From: a virus
Lineage: Duplodnaviria > Heunggongvirae > Uroviricota > Caudoviricetes
IMG/VR virus record: IMGVR_UViG_2541047543_000003
DNA length: 64,000 nucleotides
Strand: one strand, 5' to 3'
Positions 44,776 through 55,539 of this stretch are shown here, one piece after another. Within the stretch, counting starts at the first letter, position 1. Every line of letters starts with the position of its first letter. The notes under the pieces are model-generated. The model searched no databases. It saw only the letters and a program-made list of their open reading frames with translations, and was not told the origin of the DNA. Position numbers and translations under genes: made by a program.

Positions 44776-46026
44776 GAAATAATAATGAATATCGCAAATC
44801 GCTTACATGCTGAATTTTCATCACAATTTATTGAATTAACTGATAGGCACATTAGATTAAAAAGTGGTTTAGAGATTAAGCTTACAGACTCAGTTCATCA
44901 ATCCTTAACAGCAATTTTGGAATCCAATTTAGGCACAGAAAAAATCAAGACCATTCTTGGAATGGAAAGAGTTATGTTCCCTGAGGGAAATCCATTTGTT
45001 AATGGAGAAGAAAGACTCTTGGTTCCATTAAGCAGCAATTCTAAGCTAAAAGAGATAACAACTCATTCACCTGAAGCTGTGATTAGTTACATTGCAACAG
45101 ATGAATGGAATAACAACGGCTTAGAATGTGCCTATGTGTATAACAACAACTTAGAAACATTAATCCATCAGCGCAGATTTGATATGCTTGGCGGAGTGCA
45201 AACGGTAGACGCATATCTTAATACTTCAACCGCAGTAGGAAAGATAGCTTTCGCAAACGATATTCTTTCAATGGAAGATAAGCTAAATAGTTTTGGCTCG
45301 TCACTTCCTGAACCAGTACCGAACTTTAAAGCTGGTGATATCCTAGTTATGCCTATTAGGGATGGGTACAGAGCAGAAGTTTCAAAACAATCGAAGTTTT
45401 ACAATGACCAAGAAACGATTGAGTACGTAATCAACATCATCTCACCAAAAGAAGAAATATTCAGAGCGATCATAATCGAAGAAGATCCAAGTTTTCTAAT
45501 AGGATTAAGAGACGGAGTTGAACCTGTAGAAGAAATGCTACCAGCGCATACGCATAAGGTAGCTAGATTGCGGACAAATCCAATACATTTTCATGAGTTC
45601 ACTCCTCAAAAATTCCAAGACTCGATCATGAATATGATGATAAAACAACATCCAATTTCTTTTTTATCTAAAGACGGAACTTTTGAAATCATAATTGGGA
45701 ACTCTATGCCTGAGCTAGGGGTCAACTATTACCCATTGAGTGTTGATATCATGATGCGAGATATTGGTAATCACAGATTCACGAAAGTATCTAGTGAGCA
45801 CATAAACTATGACAACCTGATTGGATTATTAAGAAATGGGAAATCACAATCAGTTGATAATTTTAATATTGACGATGAAGAATACATCGAAAAGATTGAG
45901 GGATACGGTTTTGAAAATGGAACTGATGGTGATAGATTGATCAGCTTAACTTTAGAAGGTGAAAACGTCATTCAGTTAGAGAATAGAAAGCCGCATCCAG
46001 GAATGTCTCAGACTGTTGATTTTTAG
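44776..46026 (+). CDS. Hypothetical protein (about 416 aa)
   Basis: The ORF runs 44725..46026. The start was chosen at MEIIMNIANRL. A terminator lies downstream. Confidence 0.55.
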   Translation, partial: EIIMNIANRLHAEFSSQFIELTDRHIRLKSGLEIKLTDSVHQSLTAILESNLGTEKIKTILGMERVMFPEGNPFVNGEERLLVPLSSNSKLKEITTHSPEAVISYIATDEWNNNGLECAYVYNNNLETLIHQRRFDMLGGVQTVDAYLNTSTAVGKIAFANDILSMEDKLNSFGSSLPEPVPNFKAGDILVMPIRDGYRAEVSKQSKFYNDQETIEYVINIISPKEEIFRAIIIEEDPSFLIGLRDGVEPVEEMLPAHTHKVARLRTNPIHFHEFTPQKFQDSIMNMMIKQHPISFLSKDGTFEIIIGNSMPELGVNYYPLSVDIMMRDIGNHRFTKVSSEHINYDNLIGLLRNGKSQSVDNFNIDDEEYIEKIEGYGFENGTDGDRLISLTLEGENVIQLENRKPHPGMSQTVDF

Positions 46027-46035
46027 TTAATTTAA

Positions 46036-46061
46036 GCAGGTTATACCTGCTTTATTTTTTT
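46036..46061 (+). terminator. Rho-independent terminator GCAGGT-TAT-ACCTGC plus T-rich run
   Basis: 6-bp stem followed by TTTATTTTTTT. Confidence 0.75.
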
Positions 46062-46127
46062 ATTGATATTTAAAACAGCTAATGTATCATGATAAAAATT
46101 AAATAATTAAATAATTAAATACTTTTT

Positions 46128-47153
46128 ATGAATGATATAATAAAAAGATTGCGATCTGAGTTCGGCATATATCGACAATCTCCTGTAGGAAAAAGGATAG
46201 GTTACAATTTTTGGTTTCATGTCTCTTATGCAGACTGCTTTGGTGTAGACATTGAGAAATTCTTAGACTCACCCAAAATTGATTTCAGACCAACAATCAT
46301 TAAAATTAACAATAAAACAAATGCAATATCATTAATTCAATGCGATGAATTTGACAATGAAGATTGTCCTGTCATTGGCAAGGCTTTAACCTTCCATCAA
46401 GATGGCTCTTGTAAACTAACTAAACAAAGCACAAATCCTTTTATCTACCATCATAAATGGCTTTTTGTAGCCGATGATTACAATGGCTTTGACATAAATC
46501 AGTCAAAATTGTATTCATACATATGGAAATCACTATTAGGTGTTGATCCGTCAGTATCGAGCTTAATAGGCAGATATCGCTATTGGTGCGAAATCTTAAA
46601 AAAACACAAAATAGAAAATTTAACAAAACTCTGGCTTGACTGTGACCAAAAAGTATCATCAAAAAAAACTTCTATGAATTCGAGAAATAAACCGAAAATA
46701 TTTGGACTTGGGTTCGATATGGGATTGTTTAGAGATAAGACTGTCAATTTGGACATAGGAGGCGGTAAGTTTGAGACAGGGACAGCGTTTCTATCTGAGA
46801 TAGGAGTAACTAACTTAATTATAGATCCGTTTAACCGACCTGTAATTGATAACGCAAATGCCCTTATTCAATCCAAAAAGCACGGTGTTGACACAGTTAC
46901 AATTAGCAATGTGCTTAACGTAATAATTGAAGATAGTGTGAAGCTAAAATTAATAGAACAAGCATTCGATGCTTTAAATGATGACGGAACTCTTTTGGTT
47001 ACATGCTATGAAGGTAATCGCAGTGGTGTTGGTTGCTTCTCTTCAAAAGATAGTTGGCAGGAAAACAAAAAAATTGCTGAATACTTGCCTCTTATAAGTA
47101 AGATTTTTCCGAAATCTTACATAAGAAAGGGACTAATTATAGCAAAAAAATGA
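46128..47153 (+). CDS. Hypothetical protein (341 aa), possible SAM-dependent methyltransferase fold
   Basis: VNLDIGGGKFETGTAFL resembles the motif I Gly-rich loop, and IIDPF lies downstream. The call is weak. Confidence 0.5.
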   Translation: MNDIIKRLRSEFGIYRQSPVGKRIGYNFWFHVSYADCFGVDIEKFLDSPKIDFRPTIIKINNKTNAISLIQCDEFDNEDCPVIGKALTFHQDGSCKLTKQSTNPFIYHHKWLFVADDYNGFDINQSKLYSYIWKSLLGVDPSVSSLIGRYRYWCEILKKHKIENLTKLWLDCDQKVSSKKTSMNSRNKPKIFGLGFDMGLFRDKTVNLDIGGGKFETGTAFLSEIGVTNLIIDPFNRPVIDNANALIQSKKHGVDTVTISNVLNVIIEDSVKLKLIEQAFDALNDDGTLLVTCYEGNRSGVGCFSSKDSWQENKKIAEYLPLISKIFPKSYIRKGLIIAKK

Positions 47154-47171
47154 GCCTCAATTGAGGCTCAT
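47144..47171. terminator. Bidirectional terminator (palindrome TGAGCCTCAA/TTGAGGCTCA)
   Basis: 10-bp perfect palindrome preceded by A7, between convergent genes. Confidence 0.75.
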
Positions 47172-47177
47172 TTATCA

Positions 47178-48026
47178 TTATAAATCATAGTCAAATAGTA
47201 GATTATAGTCGTGCGTATATATTACGGATTTTAGAATACATATTTCTTTTTCATTGACGCAGTCAAGTTGTAAAAGTGACTCGTAAATGTTCATAAGTAC
47301 ATCACTGGTCTCAAGTGCAGTTAATTCTATCAATCCATTTTTATCTGTACTTCGATAGCTTTCAAAATCAGCAGACGAATATTTGTCAGCAATAATAAGA
47401 GGAATGTAGAGCTTAATATTGTCGAGTAGCGTTTTCATGAAATTACTTCTATTAGTCGCGATTTCTATTGTTTCTAAGCTATAAAACAACTCACTTAAAG
47501 ACTCATGAGAACAATGTGAAACTGACTTTGAAATAATTAATTTTGCTTGGTTAATTAAGTAATTAGATCGCGTAGACTGGATTGCTAATTCTGAGATTCT
47601 CTCATAGGTATCTTTTAATGACATTAAGATCCTATCGTCAGAGTCGATTAGTGCGTACTTAATATTTTTTGACAGTTTAGATGAAAGATTTGTATATTGA
47701 CATTCCTTTTCCATGAATAAATCAATGTTTTTTTGACTATACCCTACCTTATCATTACTAGCTTGAGCGCCATAAACCTTTGAAATCGCTTTAAGTTCCT
47801 TGATTGCTTTAGCCTCTAGGTCACGAATCTTATATATAACATCGGTTTTAAAAAACTTGCCTTCTGGTTTATATGAATTGATTATTTCAATCAAGTTTAG
47901 TTCGGATTGCTCTATTACTTGGCTAACTATACATTTCGAGTTTAGGTCAATTTTAGTGAGTCTAAACTTTGAATCATGAAGATGGAATGATTTGGATAGC
48001 GTTATAAATTGACTAATTTTACTGTT
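47178..48026 (-). CDS. Hypothetical protein (about 282 aa)
   Basis: The ORF runs to 48080. The ATG at 48026 has SD AAAGGTAAA. Confidence 0.55.
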   Translation of the reverse strand, partial: NSKISQFITLSKSFHLHDSKFRLTKIDLNSKCIVSQVIEQSELNLIEIINSYKPEGKFFKTDVIYKIRDLEAKAIKELKAISKVYGAQASNDKVGYSQKNIDLFMEKECQYTNLSSKLSKNIKYALIDSDDRILMSLKDTYERISELAIQSTRSNYLINQAKLIISKSVSHCSHESLSELFYSLETIEIATNRSNFMKTLLDNIKLYIPLIIADKYSSADFESYRSTDKNGLIELTALETSDVLMNIYESLLQLDCVNEKEICILKSVIYTHDYNLLFDYDL

Positions 48027-48465
48027 CATAGTGTTTTTACCTTTATTTATTATTGTTATTTGCATCTTCGATAGTAACAATTACTGATTTAAAGGTAAAA
48101 TCAAAAACACCATATTGAATTTAACAACTCACAAAATAACCAGTTAATAAATTAATTAATAAAAAGTGTTGTATTATTTTAAAAATACCTGTATATTTTA
48201 TTTAATGTAAATCGGAACGCGGTTACATTTCTTTGTTATTTCATTTCTTTTCCTAGAGTTGGTCTTGTTGCTTTGCAGCAAGACTTTACTCTTTCTGCAT
48301 GACTAACTATTCAATTCTTTGCACTGTGTTAACTGTCGTATTTACCTGAAATTATTGTCCTAATTGCCCAGTTTGCCTTGCAAGCATGGAAAACAAAGAA
48401 CGTTTGACCATTAAATTGTTTAGGCATATACTCGATGATTATCAACTCATATCAAACAAGGGTAT

Positions 48466-49131
48466 ATGATGATTTTGCATACATATGATCTCCTACGGAG
48501 TATACATGCTGTTAACGCAGCGTCTAAAGCAACTCTCAAGAACCCTTCCGAGATGACTGGTTTTCATAGAAAAGCAATCCAGTTAATGGATGAGCTAGGT
48601 ATTGATTTCAATGATTTATACACATTGAAAAATCGAGGAATTGCTTTCGCATTGCAGGAAGGGATACTTCAATACTTATATCATCACAATGGTAAGCCTG
48701 TATATTCTGGTGTAGAGGATGGATTTAAGTTTTTCTTTCACACTCCAACAGAAATGACATCAGATCAGAAGTTGGATTTTGATGAAAACTTACACATGAA
48801 TCTGATTGAAAATCAACATAGCAACACATTTACCCCAGTATCTTTGATCACTGCCATCAAAAACCTACAAAGCTTGCCTTCTGGACGAAGCAATGCGTCA
48901 ATGGATGACTTCAATCCTCATCCTGTCCGCTACGAAGGTCAAGGTAAGCATAACATTGACGCTGTAAACAAAAAGGTCATCAAAGAATATAAGGTAAATG
49001 GTTTTTGTTTTGCTCAGTTGCTTGAGGAAAATGAGCTTGAACCATCCAGTTTCTACTCGGGGGAAACGAAACCTGGTCTTTACGGTCAGCATAGAGCTGG
49101 TCAGATAAGAAGCAGAAAGAACAGTTATTGA
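48466..49131 (+). CDS. Hypothetical protein (221 aa)
   Basis: ORF after a 385-bp AT-rich promoter region. A terminator lies downstream. Confidence 0.55.
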   Translation: MMILHTYDLLRSIHAVNAASKATLKNPSEMTGFHRKAIQLMDELGIDFNDLYTLKNRGIAFALQEGILQYLYHHNGKPVYSGVEDGFKFFFHTPTEMTSDQKLDFDENLHMNLIENQHSNTFTPVSLITAIKNLQSLPSGRSNASMDDFNPHPVRYEGQGKHNIDAVNKKVIKEYKVNGFCFAQLLEENELEPSSFYSGETKPGLYGQHRAGQIRSRKNSY

Positions 49132-49147
49132 TAAATTGAGCCTGCTA

Positions 49148-49173
49148 AGCAGGCTCTTTTTTTAGAACCATAT
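49148..49173 (+). terminator. Rho-independent terminator GAGCCTGC-TAA-GCAGGCTC plus T7
   Basis: 8-bp stem followed by T7. Confidence 0.85.
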
Positions 49174-49461
49174 GTACTGGTTCACTTTGTCAAACTCAAT
49201 GTTAAAAACAAAAGCCTTAGAGCATGACCCCTCTATAGCAAGTATAGGGTCAATAATGTAATCCCCTACTACTATCCATTTTCTATTTATAAGTCCTGTA
49301 TCTGTTATTACTTTTCCGCTAACAATTTTCGTCAAACTAAGCACATCTGGCGTTAGAATTTCTTTCAGATTATTAACAATTATCTCGGCTGCATGTTCTG
49401 AAGCGTTTACTTGTGCGTTTTTAATGATATTAATTGTAATTGTTTCGAGATGCTTTTTCAT
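49162..49461 (-). CDS. Hypothetical protein (99 aa)
   Basis: ORF. Confidence 0.5.
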   Translation of the reverse strand: MKKHLETITINIIKNAQVNASEHAAEIIVNNLKEILTPDVLSLTKIVSGKVITDTGLINRKWIVVGDYIIDPILAIEGSCSKAFVFNIEFDKVNQYIWF

Positions 49462-49474
49462 TTTCTTTCCTTAA

Positions 49475-49502
49475 ATAGAAAAGCGCCAGCGGATAACTGG
49501 CG
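49475..49502 (-). terminator. Rho-independent terminator GCGCCAG-loop-CTGGCGC (T-run on minus strand)
   Basis: 7-bp GC-rich stem downstream of the minus gene 49527..50774. Confidence 0.75.
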
Positions 49503-49526
49503 CTAAATTTTAATTAATTAACTAGC

Positions 49527-50774
49527 TTAGTATAGGAACAGCTTCTCAAGCTGATCAATTGTTAGAGCTTCGCTGTAAAAACCTTCTAGCTGGGCTTCTT
49601 TCCCGTTTTCATAGATGTAACTAGGCGTTTCACTATCTGCGCTAGAACCTACTAATCTATAAATTGGGTAGTACTTAATCATATCATCACGATTAAAGAT
49701 TCCCACTTTGCGTTTTATTGCGTATACAAAACCTGATAACTCATAGCTATTTGCTGTTTTTAGCGTTGATGGTTGATTACTAGGGAACACTGGATTGCAG
49801 TCAATTTCGTTATTGTGATATAAGCCAGAACCATTGGTTATCGTATCACAGCTACTAAACTCACGGAAAACGTGATAGTTATATGAGTTTTTTGGTGCTT
49901 TATCATTCGATTTGGTTGTATTAACCACCTTATGGTTCACTACCTTAGTAGTATTTACTCTACTATCTGATTGATTTTTCTCGATATAACTTCTAACTTT
50001 TCCAAGATCAGTTTCTTTTACTTTTACGTCATACGGAAAGAAGCCCACCTCTTTTCCATAGAATTTGTTCAACATTTGCTCAAAGTTCATTCCGTGTTTC
50101 TTGTAAAAGTAGAAACCTGAATCTTTTGTGCTTTGTTTACTTGCATGATAGTAAATACCATTTACACTCTTTTTCTTATAAATAGGGAAATAGTAATGAT
50201 GTTCTTCATTTGATACTTGCCCTCTCATGAAAACCATAACAAAGCCTGATTTTTGCATTGTTGGGTCATTTGAGAGTGAGTCCGAACCTTCGATTTCTAC
50301 ATTACAAGAACCACCAATTCGACCAAATTCTTTTCCAAAGGATTTGTAGCAATCTTCGATTTCATTAAATAAATAGAAGTTGAATGTTTTATAATCACTG
50401 AAAGCAAATTTTGTTTTAGAATCTGCAATAACAACATCTACTGGCTTAACTACATTCGTATCTTTAATTGACTTAACAATCTCTGGAGAAACAGAAGGCT
50501 TCTTCGTTTCAGCTTTTAACTCTGTTGCTTCAGACTTAATCTCTTCAGATTGAACTTTGTTATTCAGCTTTTCATCGTTCTCATGGCTTTCAAAGAGGCT
50601 GTTGATAAATAACCCAAGAATAACTGCTAAAATGCATGTTGCTGCAACAGAAGCGATTACCTTTCCCTTCCCCTTAAAAATTAATCTTCCAAGGATATCG
50701 TGTGATTGTTTCTCCCCCTCTATTAATCTTAGAGGGATGAGTAAAACCCAAATAATAAACAATGCGAAATTCAT
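49527..50774 (-). CDS. Membrane-anchored hypothetical protein (415 aa)
   Basis: N-terminal TM helices and a Lys/Glu-rich linker. Confidence 0.6.
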   Translation of the reverse strand: MNFALFIIWVLLIPLRLIEGEKQSHDILGRLIFKGKGKVIASVAATCILAVILGLFINSLFESHENDEKLNNKVQSEEIKSEATELKAETKKPSVSPEIVKSIKDTNVVKPVDVVIADSKTKFAFSDYKTFNFYLFNEIEDCYKSFGKEFGRIGGSCNVEIEGSDSLSNDPTMQKSGFVMVFMRGQVSNEEHHYYFPIYKKKSVNGIYYHASKQSTKDSGFYFYKKHGMNFEQMLNKFYGKEVGFFPYDVKVKETDLGKVRSYIEKNQSDSRVNTTKVVNHKVVNTTKSNDKAPKNSYNYHVFREFSSCDTITNGSGLYHNNEIDCNPVFPSNQPSTLKTANSYELSGFVYAIKRKVGIFNRDDMIKYYPIYRLVGSSADSETPSYIYENGKEAQLEGFYSEALTIDQLEKLFLY

Positions 50775-50785
50775 TGTAGCTCCAT

Positions 50786-51106
50786 TTATTTCATTATTAA
50801 TAACTTAATACATTTAAAATTAGCCAAAACATTTTTTTGTTCTTCGCTTAATTCAAATTCAGAAGTGACAATGTATTCAGTATCAGGCTCAAGGGATTCT
50901 GTAATTGAATTGAAATCATCAGGATTGGTTAGGACAAGAAGGTGTTGAGTACATTGAGATACCTTAACACCATGCTTAACACCAAGCTTATACAGTTTGT
51001 AAAGCTCATTGCAGGTATACCCTACACCAACCTGAACTTCTTCATGAATGCCTGAAACTATTGCATTAGCAGCTTCAGCTTTCTGGTTCATATTAAAACG
51101 TTTCAT
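50786..51106 (-). CDS. Hypothetical protein (106 aa)
   Basis: ORF. Confidence 0.5.
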   Translation of the reverse strand: MKRFNMNQKAEAANAIVSGIHEEVQVGVGYTCNELYKLYKLGVKHGVKVSQCTQHLLVLTNPDDFNSITESLEPDTEYIVTSEFELSEEQKNVLANFKCIKLLIMK

Positions 51107-51289
51107 GATTAACCTTTTTTATTCTTTTTAATAAAATCTTTGATGAGCAGATGACCATCTTTACAATAAAAATTGATGAAAAGAGTGTGATGAAAGCTAG
51201 CCAGGTGATGCATTTCAAAGGAAAAATCAGTTGCTTAGTGTTCATGACTACTTAAGCCCTTGCAAAAGCAAGGGCTATTCCTTTAATTA

Positions 51290-52252
51290 TTATTTATCAG
51301 CAGATTCAGGCACTTCTTCAACTTCACCTTCTGATTTAGAAGATTGTTGTGCTTTCTTAAGTTGCGATGCTACTTTAGCTTGCAATCCCATTTCGTTTGA
51401 AGCTTGGTTTGTACCCAATAGAACTAGGTTGCCATAACGAGCTGCTGTTGTAACAGAGTCGCGAGCATCCATCGCTTCCATTGATGCCATCAGCATATTA
51501 ATCTCTGATGCGTCAGTTGTTGACTGTTTGAATTTATTCAAGTTTTCAACACATACTTGAGCGTAAGATTCTCTAGATTTAACAGCAGCCTTGGTACGCT
51601 CTTCAAGCGCTCCAGCATCTGCACGAGCATCTGCCATCTTAAGTTCGAATTTAGCCTCTTTTTCAATTTTTGCCGCTTCTAGTGTGCGCTTAGCAGCTAC
51701 GACACGGTTTGAAGCATCACGCACTTCAGGAGGTAGTTTAGGGTCATCAATTTTAACATCTGTAATCTCATATCCGTACTGATTGTAGTTTGCGTTCAGT
51801 TTGTCGATTAGATTCTTGGTCATTGCACCTTTACTGCTGTAAATTTCTTTTGTTTCCAAGGAATCACATTCGGAACAAGTCATTTGACGCAAATCAGACT
51901 TGATCAAGGATTCAGGATCGTCAAGGTCATAGCAAGCCTCTTGCATTTTATTCTTCATCACGCGAACTGAAGCGTTAACCGTCATCCCAAGGACAACTTC
52001 ATCTGCTGTTTTGACAGAACAATCTTCTTTGATTTGGAAAATGTCAAAAGACACATTGTCAGCAACACCATGAATTGGAGCTGGAAGTTTAAAATAAATG
52101 CCTGGCTCAGAGATTTCACGGACAATTCGACCACCAAAGAAGTTGATTAACACACCTTGCTTTGGTTTTACAATCACGATCATTGTGGATAGAAGTGCTA
52201 AGACAGCAACACCAATTGCGCCAAACATCAAAATATTAGATAGTGTACCCAT
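51290..52252 (-). CDS. SPFH/band-7 (stomatin/prohibitin/HflK-like) domain membrane protein
   Basis: N-terminal TM helix, an SPFH-like core (VKPKQGVLINFFGGRIV...), then an Ala/Lys/Glu-rich coiled-coil tail. Confidence 0.7.
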   Translation of the reverse strand: MGTLSNILMFGAIGVAVLALLSTMIVIVKPKQGVLINFFGGRIVREISEPGIYFKLPAPIHGVADNVSFDIFQIKEDCSVKTADEVVLGMTVNASVRVMKNKMQEACYDLDDPESLIKSDLRQMTCSECDSLETKEIYSSKGAMTKNLIDKLNANYNQYGYEITDVKIDDPKLPPEVRDASNRVVAAKRTLEAAKIEKEAKFELKMADARADAGALEERTKAAVKSRESYAQVCVENLNKFKQSTTDASEINMLMASMEAMDARDSVTTAARYGNLVLLGTNQASNEMGLQAKVASQLKKAQQSSKSEGEVEEVPESADK

Positions 52253-52365
52253 TTTATTTCCTTTATTTAATTGATTAAATATTGCATCCCAGTGTTATCA
52301 CAGGGATTTTCTTTTGATTTGTGCAGATATTATAGGTCATATTATTCCATGTCAATATTTTTTAT

Positions 52366-52397
52366 GAACATAAAAAAGGAGGCTTACGCCTCCTAAA
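52366..52397. terminator. Bidirectional terminator AAAAAAGGAGGC-TTAC-GCCTCCTAAAAAAAA
   Basis: 7-bp stem with A-runs on both sides. Confidence 0.75.
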
Positions 52398-52412
52398 AAA
52401 AATGGTTGGTTT

Positions 52413-52838
52413 TTATACAAACAGCTTTGTTTTGAACAACTCAATCTCACGTTTTGCTGACTCATCACTATCAGAGCCATGTACGGAGTTTTCACTTTTA
52501 GTTTGTGCGTACTTAGCTCTCAACGTGCCTGAATCTGCTTCTAGTGGGTTCGTAGCTCCCATAAGACCACGGTATTTTAAGACAGCGTTTTCAGCTTCAA
52601 TGACATACCCTACAACTTCACCACTAGTCATGAATCCAATAAGCTCATCAAAGAACGGTTTTTCTTTATGCTCAGCATAGAAGGTTTCCGCAGCTTGTTT
52701 GGTCATAACGCCGCGCTTTAGTGCAACGAGCTTAAAACCAGCATTTAAGATATCCGCCAGAATAGCGGAATCAAGATTTTCTTTTGTTGCATTTGGCTTA
52801 ATCAAGCCGAAAGTTAAAGTACTTTTCATAGTTTTCAC
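52413..52838 (-). CDS. ndk: Nucleoside-diphosphate kinase
   Basis: FGLIKPNA, KPFF, TNP, and an active-site region NSVHGSDSDESAKREIELF matching the NDK NxxHGSDSxESAxREIxxFF signature. Confidence 0.9.
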   Translation of the reverse strand: MKTMKSTLTFGLIKPNATKENLDSAILADILNAGFKLVALKRGVMTKQAAETFYAEHKEKPFFDELIGFMTSGEVVGYVIEAENAVLKYRGLMGATNPLEADSGTLRAKYAQTKSENSVHGSDSDESAKREIELFKTKLFV

Positions 52839-52951
52839 TTTTTATTACTTATTTAAATTACGTTTTGATGTTATATCTTTTAATCTAAAGGATCAATCCA
52901 TAGAGTCGATAAGCGCAGGTATCAACGTTTAAGTGATTCATATTTAAACAA

Positions 52952-54589
52952 TCAAAGCGAATTTTGTACTTCTTGGTCTAAAATTTTACTTTGAATTTCA
53001 CCACCATCACCAAATAGAAGATCATGTTGTTTATTCAATACACTTACGAAATCAAAGTTGCTTCCTTGTTCATAACCACAGATCTTTAATCCATTTTCCT
53101 TAAGAACTCCAACAAGAGTTGGTGATACATTCTTTGGAACAATCGCAACAGAGAAATCGTGTAAGCGAATAGGATTACTCATTTTTAACTCGAAGTATGT
53201 ATACGGAGCAACAATTAGACTCTTTTTTAAGTCATCGATTCTAGTTATAAGTTCATCTGGTAGCTGATCAACAAAAAAGCTTTCACACAGCGCTTCGTTA
53301 ACTTCACAACGTGATTGAACGAGTGCTTCCGTAGCAACATTACTGTAGATTGATGACACATTTCCATTTGGATCTTTGAATTTGTAGTAATCAGATAATT
53401 CTTCAATTATTGCACTCAATTCACCATTAAGGTTCGTGAAATACGCAGTGACTTCGTCTTCAGATTTTAACTGATCTATGTGATTCTCAATTTCTTCTAA
53501 AGAGTTAAATCTCTCTTTTACCGATGCTGCAATCTTAACTATCGAAGTAGAAAATAAACTATCACATGTAATCAATTTTCTGTTCATTTCTTTTGATAGA
53601 TTCTCTAGAGTCGCCGTTTCTTTTTCAACGCCGTAGATCTCATCGGGCGAAATATCTTCTTTGTCATAATCAACATCATGCTCAGAAGCTTTAAGGAAAA
53701 AGGCTTTTCCAAAGCCAGGTTCAATTGTCTTTGATATCCAACCTTCAAAATCTGCGCGTGGGACATTATTTTTGAAGTACTCCTCAAGATCACTTACGTA
53801 TTTGGACTCGTCAATTGAAGGTGTTTTTACAAGATATTCATTTATATCCTTTTTCGCATTATCAAAATAGCTTACATACATTTTTGGATTTCCATCCTCA
53901 AAGTACATACTATTTTCAATGTACGCATTTAATTTCTTGAGTTCGATCCTGATTTTTCTTGAGTTTTGAATATCAGTGTCTTTACTACTTAAAATTTTCA
54001 TTCTTAACTGGATGTCAGCAAGCAGAAATTTTGATATTGCTTTGTTGGCATCATCCTCTGGAAGTTCTAAAGCATTATTACGCATAATCGCATCAATGGA
54101 CTCATCAGATAAAAACGGGACTCTTTTTTCCTTGGGGATCTCATTAGATTTGCAAAGATTAGGTATGTTTTTGTCTTGCAGATAGAGTAATTTGACAGCA
54201 GGGTTATTCATCAACAAGTTTCTTGCAGAAATCGCACCTTTGAGTATCTCTGGATGTATAGCCGACTGGGTTTGATATCTCACACCAACATTAACGTGAT
54301 TAGCTTTTAGGGCTGATTCTAGGCGCTCATTGAATTGATCCCAGAATGAGTGATTTAATTCAAAAGAAACATCTGGAAATACTGAACTGTACACATCAAT
54401 AGATGAAGCGTAATTACTGTTGAAATCAATTTTTTTAGGGTCAAGAAGTAGTACGCAAGAGCCATACATAAAGAACTCTTGGTCTGAAGGGATGAAGCCA
54501 AGTGAAGGATTTGGAAGCCCTCCGATTAGGTTTGCGAACTCTAAATCACTTTCTGTCAAAGCGTGTGCTAATGCTATTCTTTTTTTCAT
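52952..54589 (-). CDS. Hypothetical protein (545 aa)
   Basis: Long ORF. Confidence 0.6.
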   Translation of the reverse strand: MKKRIALAHALTESDLEFANLIGGLPNPSLGFIPSDQEFFMYGSCVLLLDPKKIDFNSNYASSIDVYSSVFPDVSFELNHSFWDQFNERLESALKANHVNVGVRYQTQSAIHPEILKGAISARNLLMNNPAVKLLYLQDKNIPNLCKSNEIPKEKRVPFLSDESIDAIMRNNALELPEDDANKAISKFLLADIQLRMKILSSKDTDIQNSRKIRIELKKLNAYIENSMYFEDGNPKMYVSYFDNAKKDINEYLVKTPSIDESKYVSDLEEYFKNNVPRADFEGWISKTIEPGFGKAFFLKASEHDVDYDKEDISPDEIYGVEKETATLENLSKEMNRKLITCDSLFSTSIVKIAASVKERFNSLEEIENHIDQLKSEDEVTAYFTNLNGELSAIIEELSDYYKFKDPNGNVSSIYSNVATEALVQSRCEVNEALCESFFVDQLPDELITRIDDLKKSLIVAPYTYFELKMSNPIRLHDFSVAIVPKNVSPTLVGVLKENGLKICGYEQGSNFDFVSVLNKQHDLLFGDGGEIQSKILDQEVQNSL

Positions 54590-54654
54590 TAATAATGACC
54601 ATTATATTTATTTCTTCTCAAATTATAACATAATGGTCATTGGCAATTAAATAA

Positions 54655-55491
54655 TTAAAGTTCTATAGATAGGCTGGTGCAACCTTCCTCAAGTTGGCTT
54701 AATACCAAGGTAAAACAGTCGTTATCGTTCACGTTGAATTCATGCCTTTTTAAGGCTGCGTATCCAAGTAAAATAGACTTTGCATCCCTTACTGTGTTTT
54801 TTTCAAGAGCAACATCCACAGCAGCTCTAACTATCATGTTAGGGTTATCTTCAAACTCTTTTACGTTTAAAGCGGAGATAACTTTGCTGGATGTGATTTT
54901 ATTCAAGCTTTCGCCATCAGGACATGAAAATTCGGAAGATACTAAGTGTGATTCATAATCTTCAAAAAGAACTCTAACCATGAAGTCGTTGTCATTAAGA
55001 ATACTTACTCGAATATCATCATAATAAATAAAATCAGGGTGTTCACCAGTTCTGTAGTATTTAATAAGATCTTCAAACACCGAGTTCCAATTTGGTGCTT
55101 GTGATGATTGAGTAATTACATCAACAGGACATTCTATGAATTCTATTGGAAGTAAAGGCGCATCATCAATATCGCGGTTAATCATAAACAAGTGCTTATG
55201 ACAAGTGAGAGAATCTTTGGATATAAGTTTTAAGTACTCATTAGTGTTACTGCGTTGTAGCTTGAATAAGCTACTTGCAATCATGGACTCAGCCAAATCT
55301 TTTATATCTTTTGTTCCCATCAATACTGATTTAGTGTTGATTAAGTTAAGATCTTTTTTACATTTGCTGGAAGTGTGCTTTTCTATGGCTTGATATTTTG
55401 AAAGCAGGCAATTGATGTCGATATCAACTGATGTGCTAACTCTAGCTTCATCTGATGAGTAGATAATCAGATTTAAAATCATAAAAAACAT
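54655..55491 (-). CDS. Hypothetical protein (278 aa)
   Basis: ORF. Confidence 0.55.
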   Translation of the reverse strand: MFFMILNLIIYSSDEARVSTSVDIDINCLLSKYQAIEKHTSSKCKKDLNLINTKSVLMGTKDIKDLAESMIASSLFKLQRSNTNEYLKLISKDSLTCHKHLFMINRDIDDAPLLPIEFIECPVDVITQSSQAPNWNSVFEDLIKYYRTGEHPDFIYYDDIRVSILNDNDFMVRVLFEDYESHLVSSEFSCPDGESLNKITSSKVISALNVKEFEDNPNMIVRAAVDVALEKNTVRDAKSILLGYAALKRHEFNVNDNDCFTLVLSQLEEGCTSLSIEL

Positions 55492-55513
55492 CCCTTTGCT
55501 TTCTTGAAAGGGA
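55483..55513 (-). terminator. Rho-independent terminator (TCCCTTT-loop-AAAGGGA; T-run on minus strand)
   Basis: Downstream of the minus gene 55540..56061. Confidence 0.7.
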
Positions 55514-55539
55514 TATTTATATCATAATATTAGTCAGTT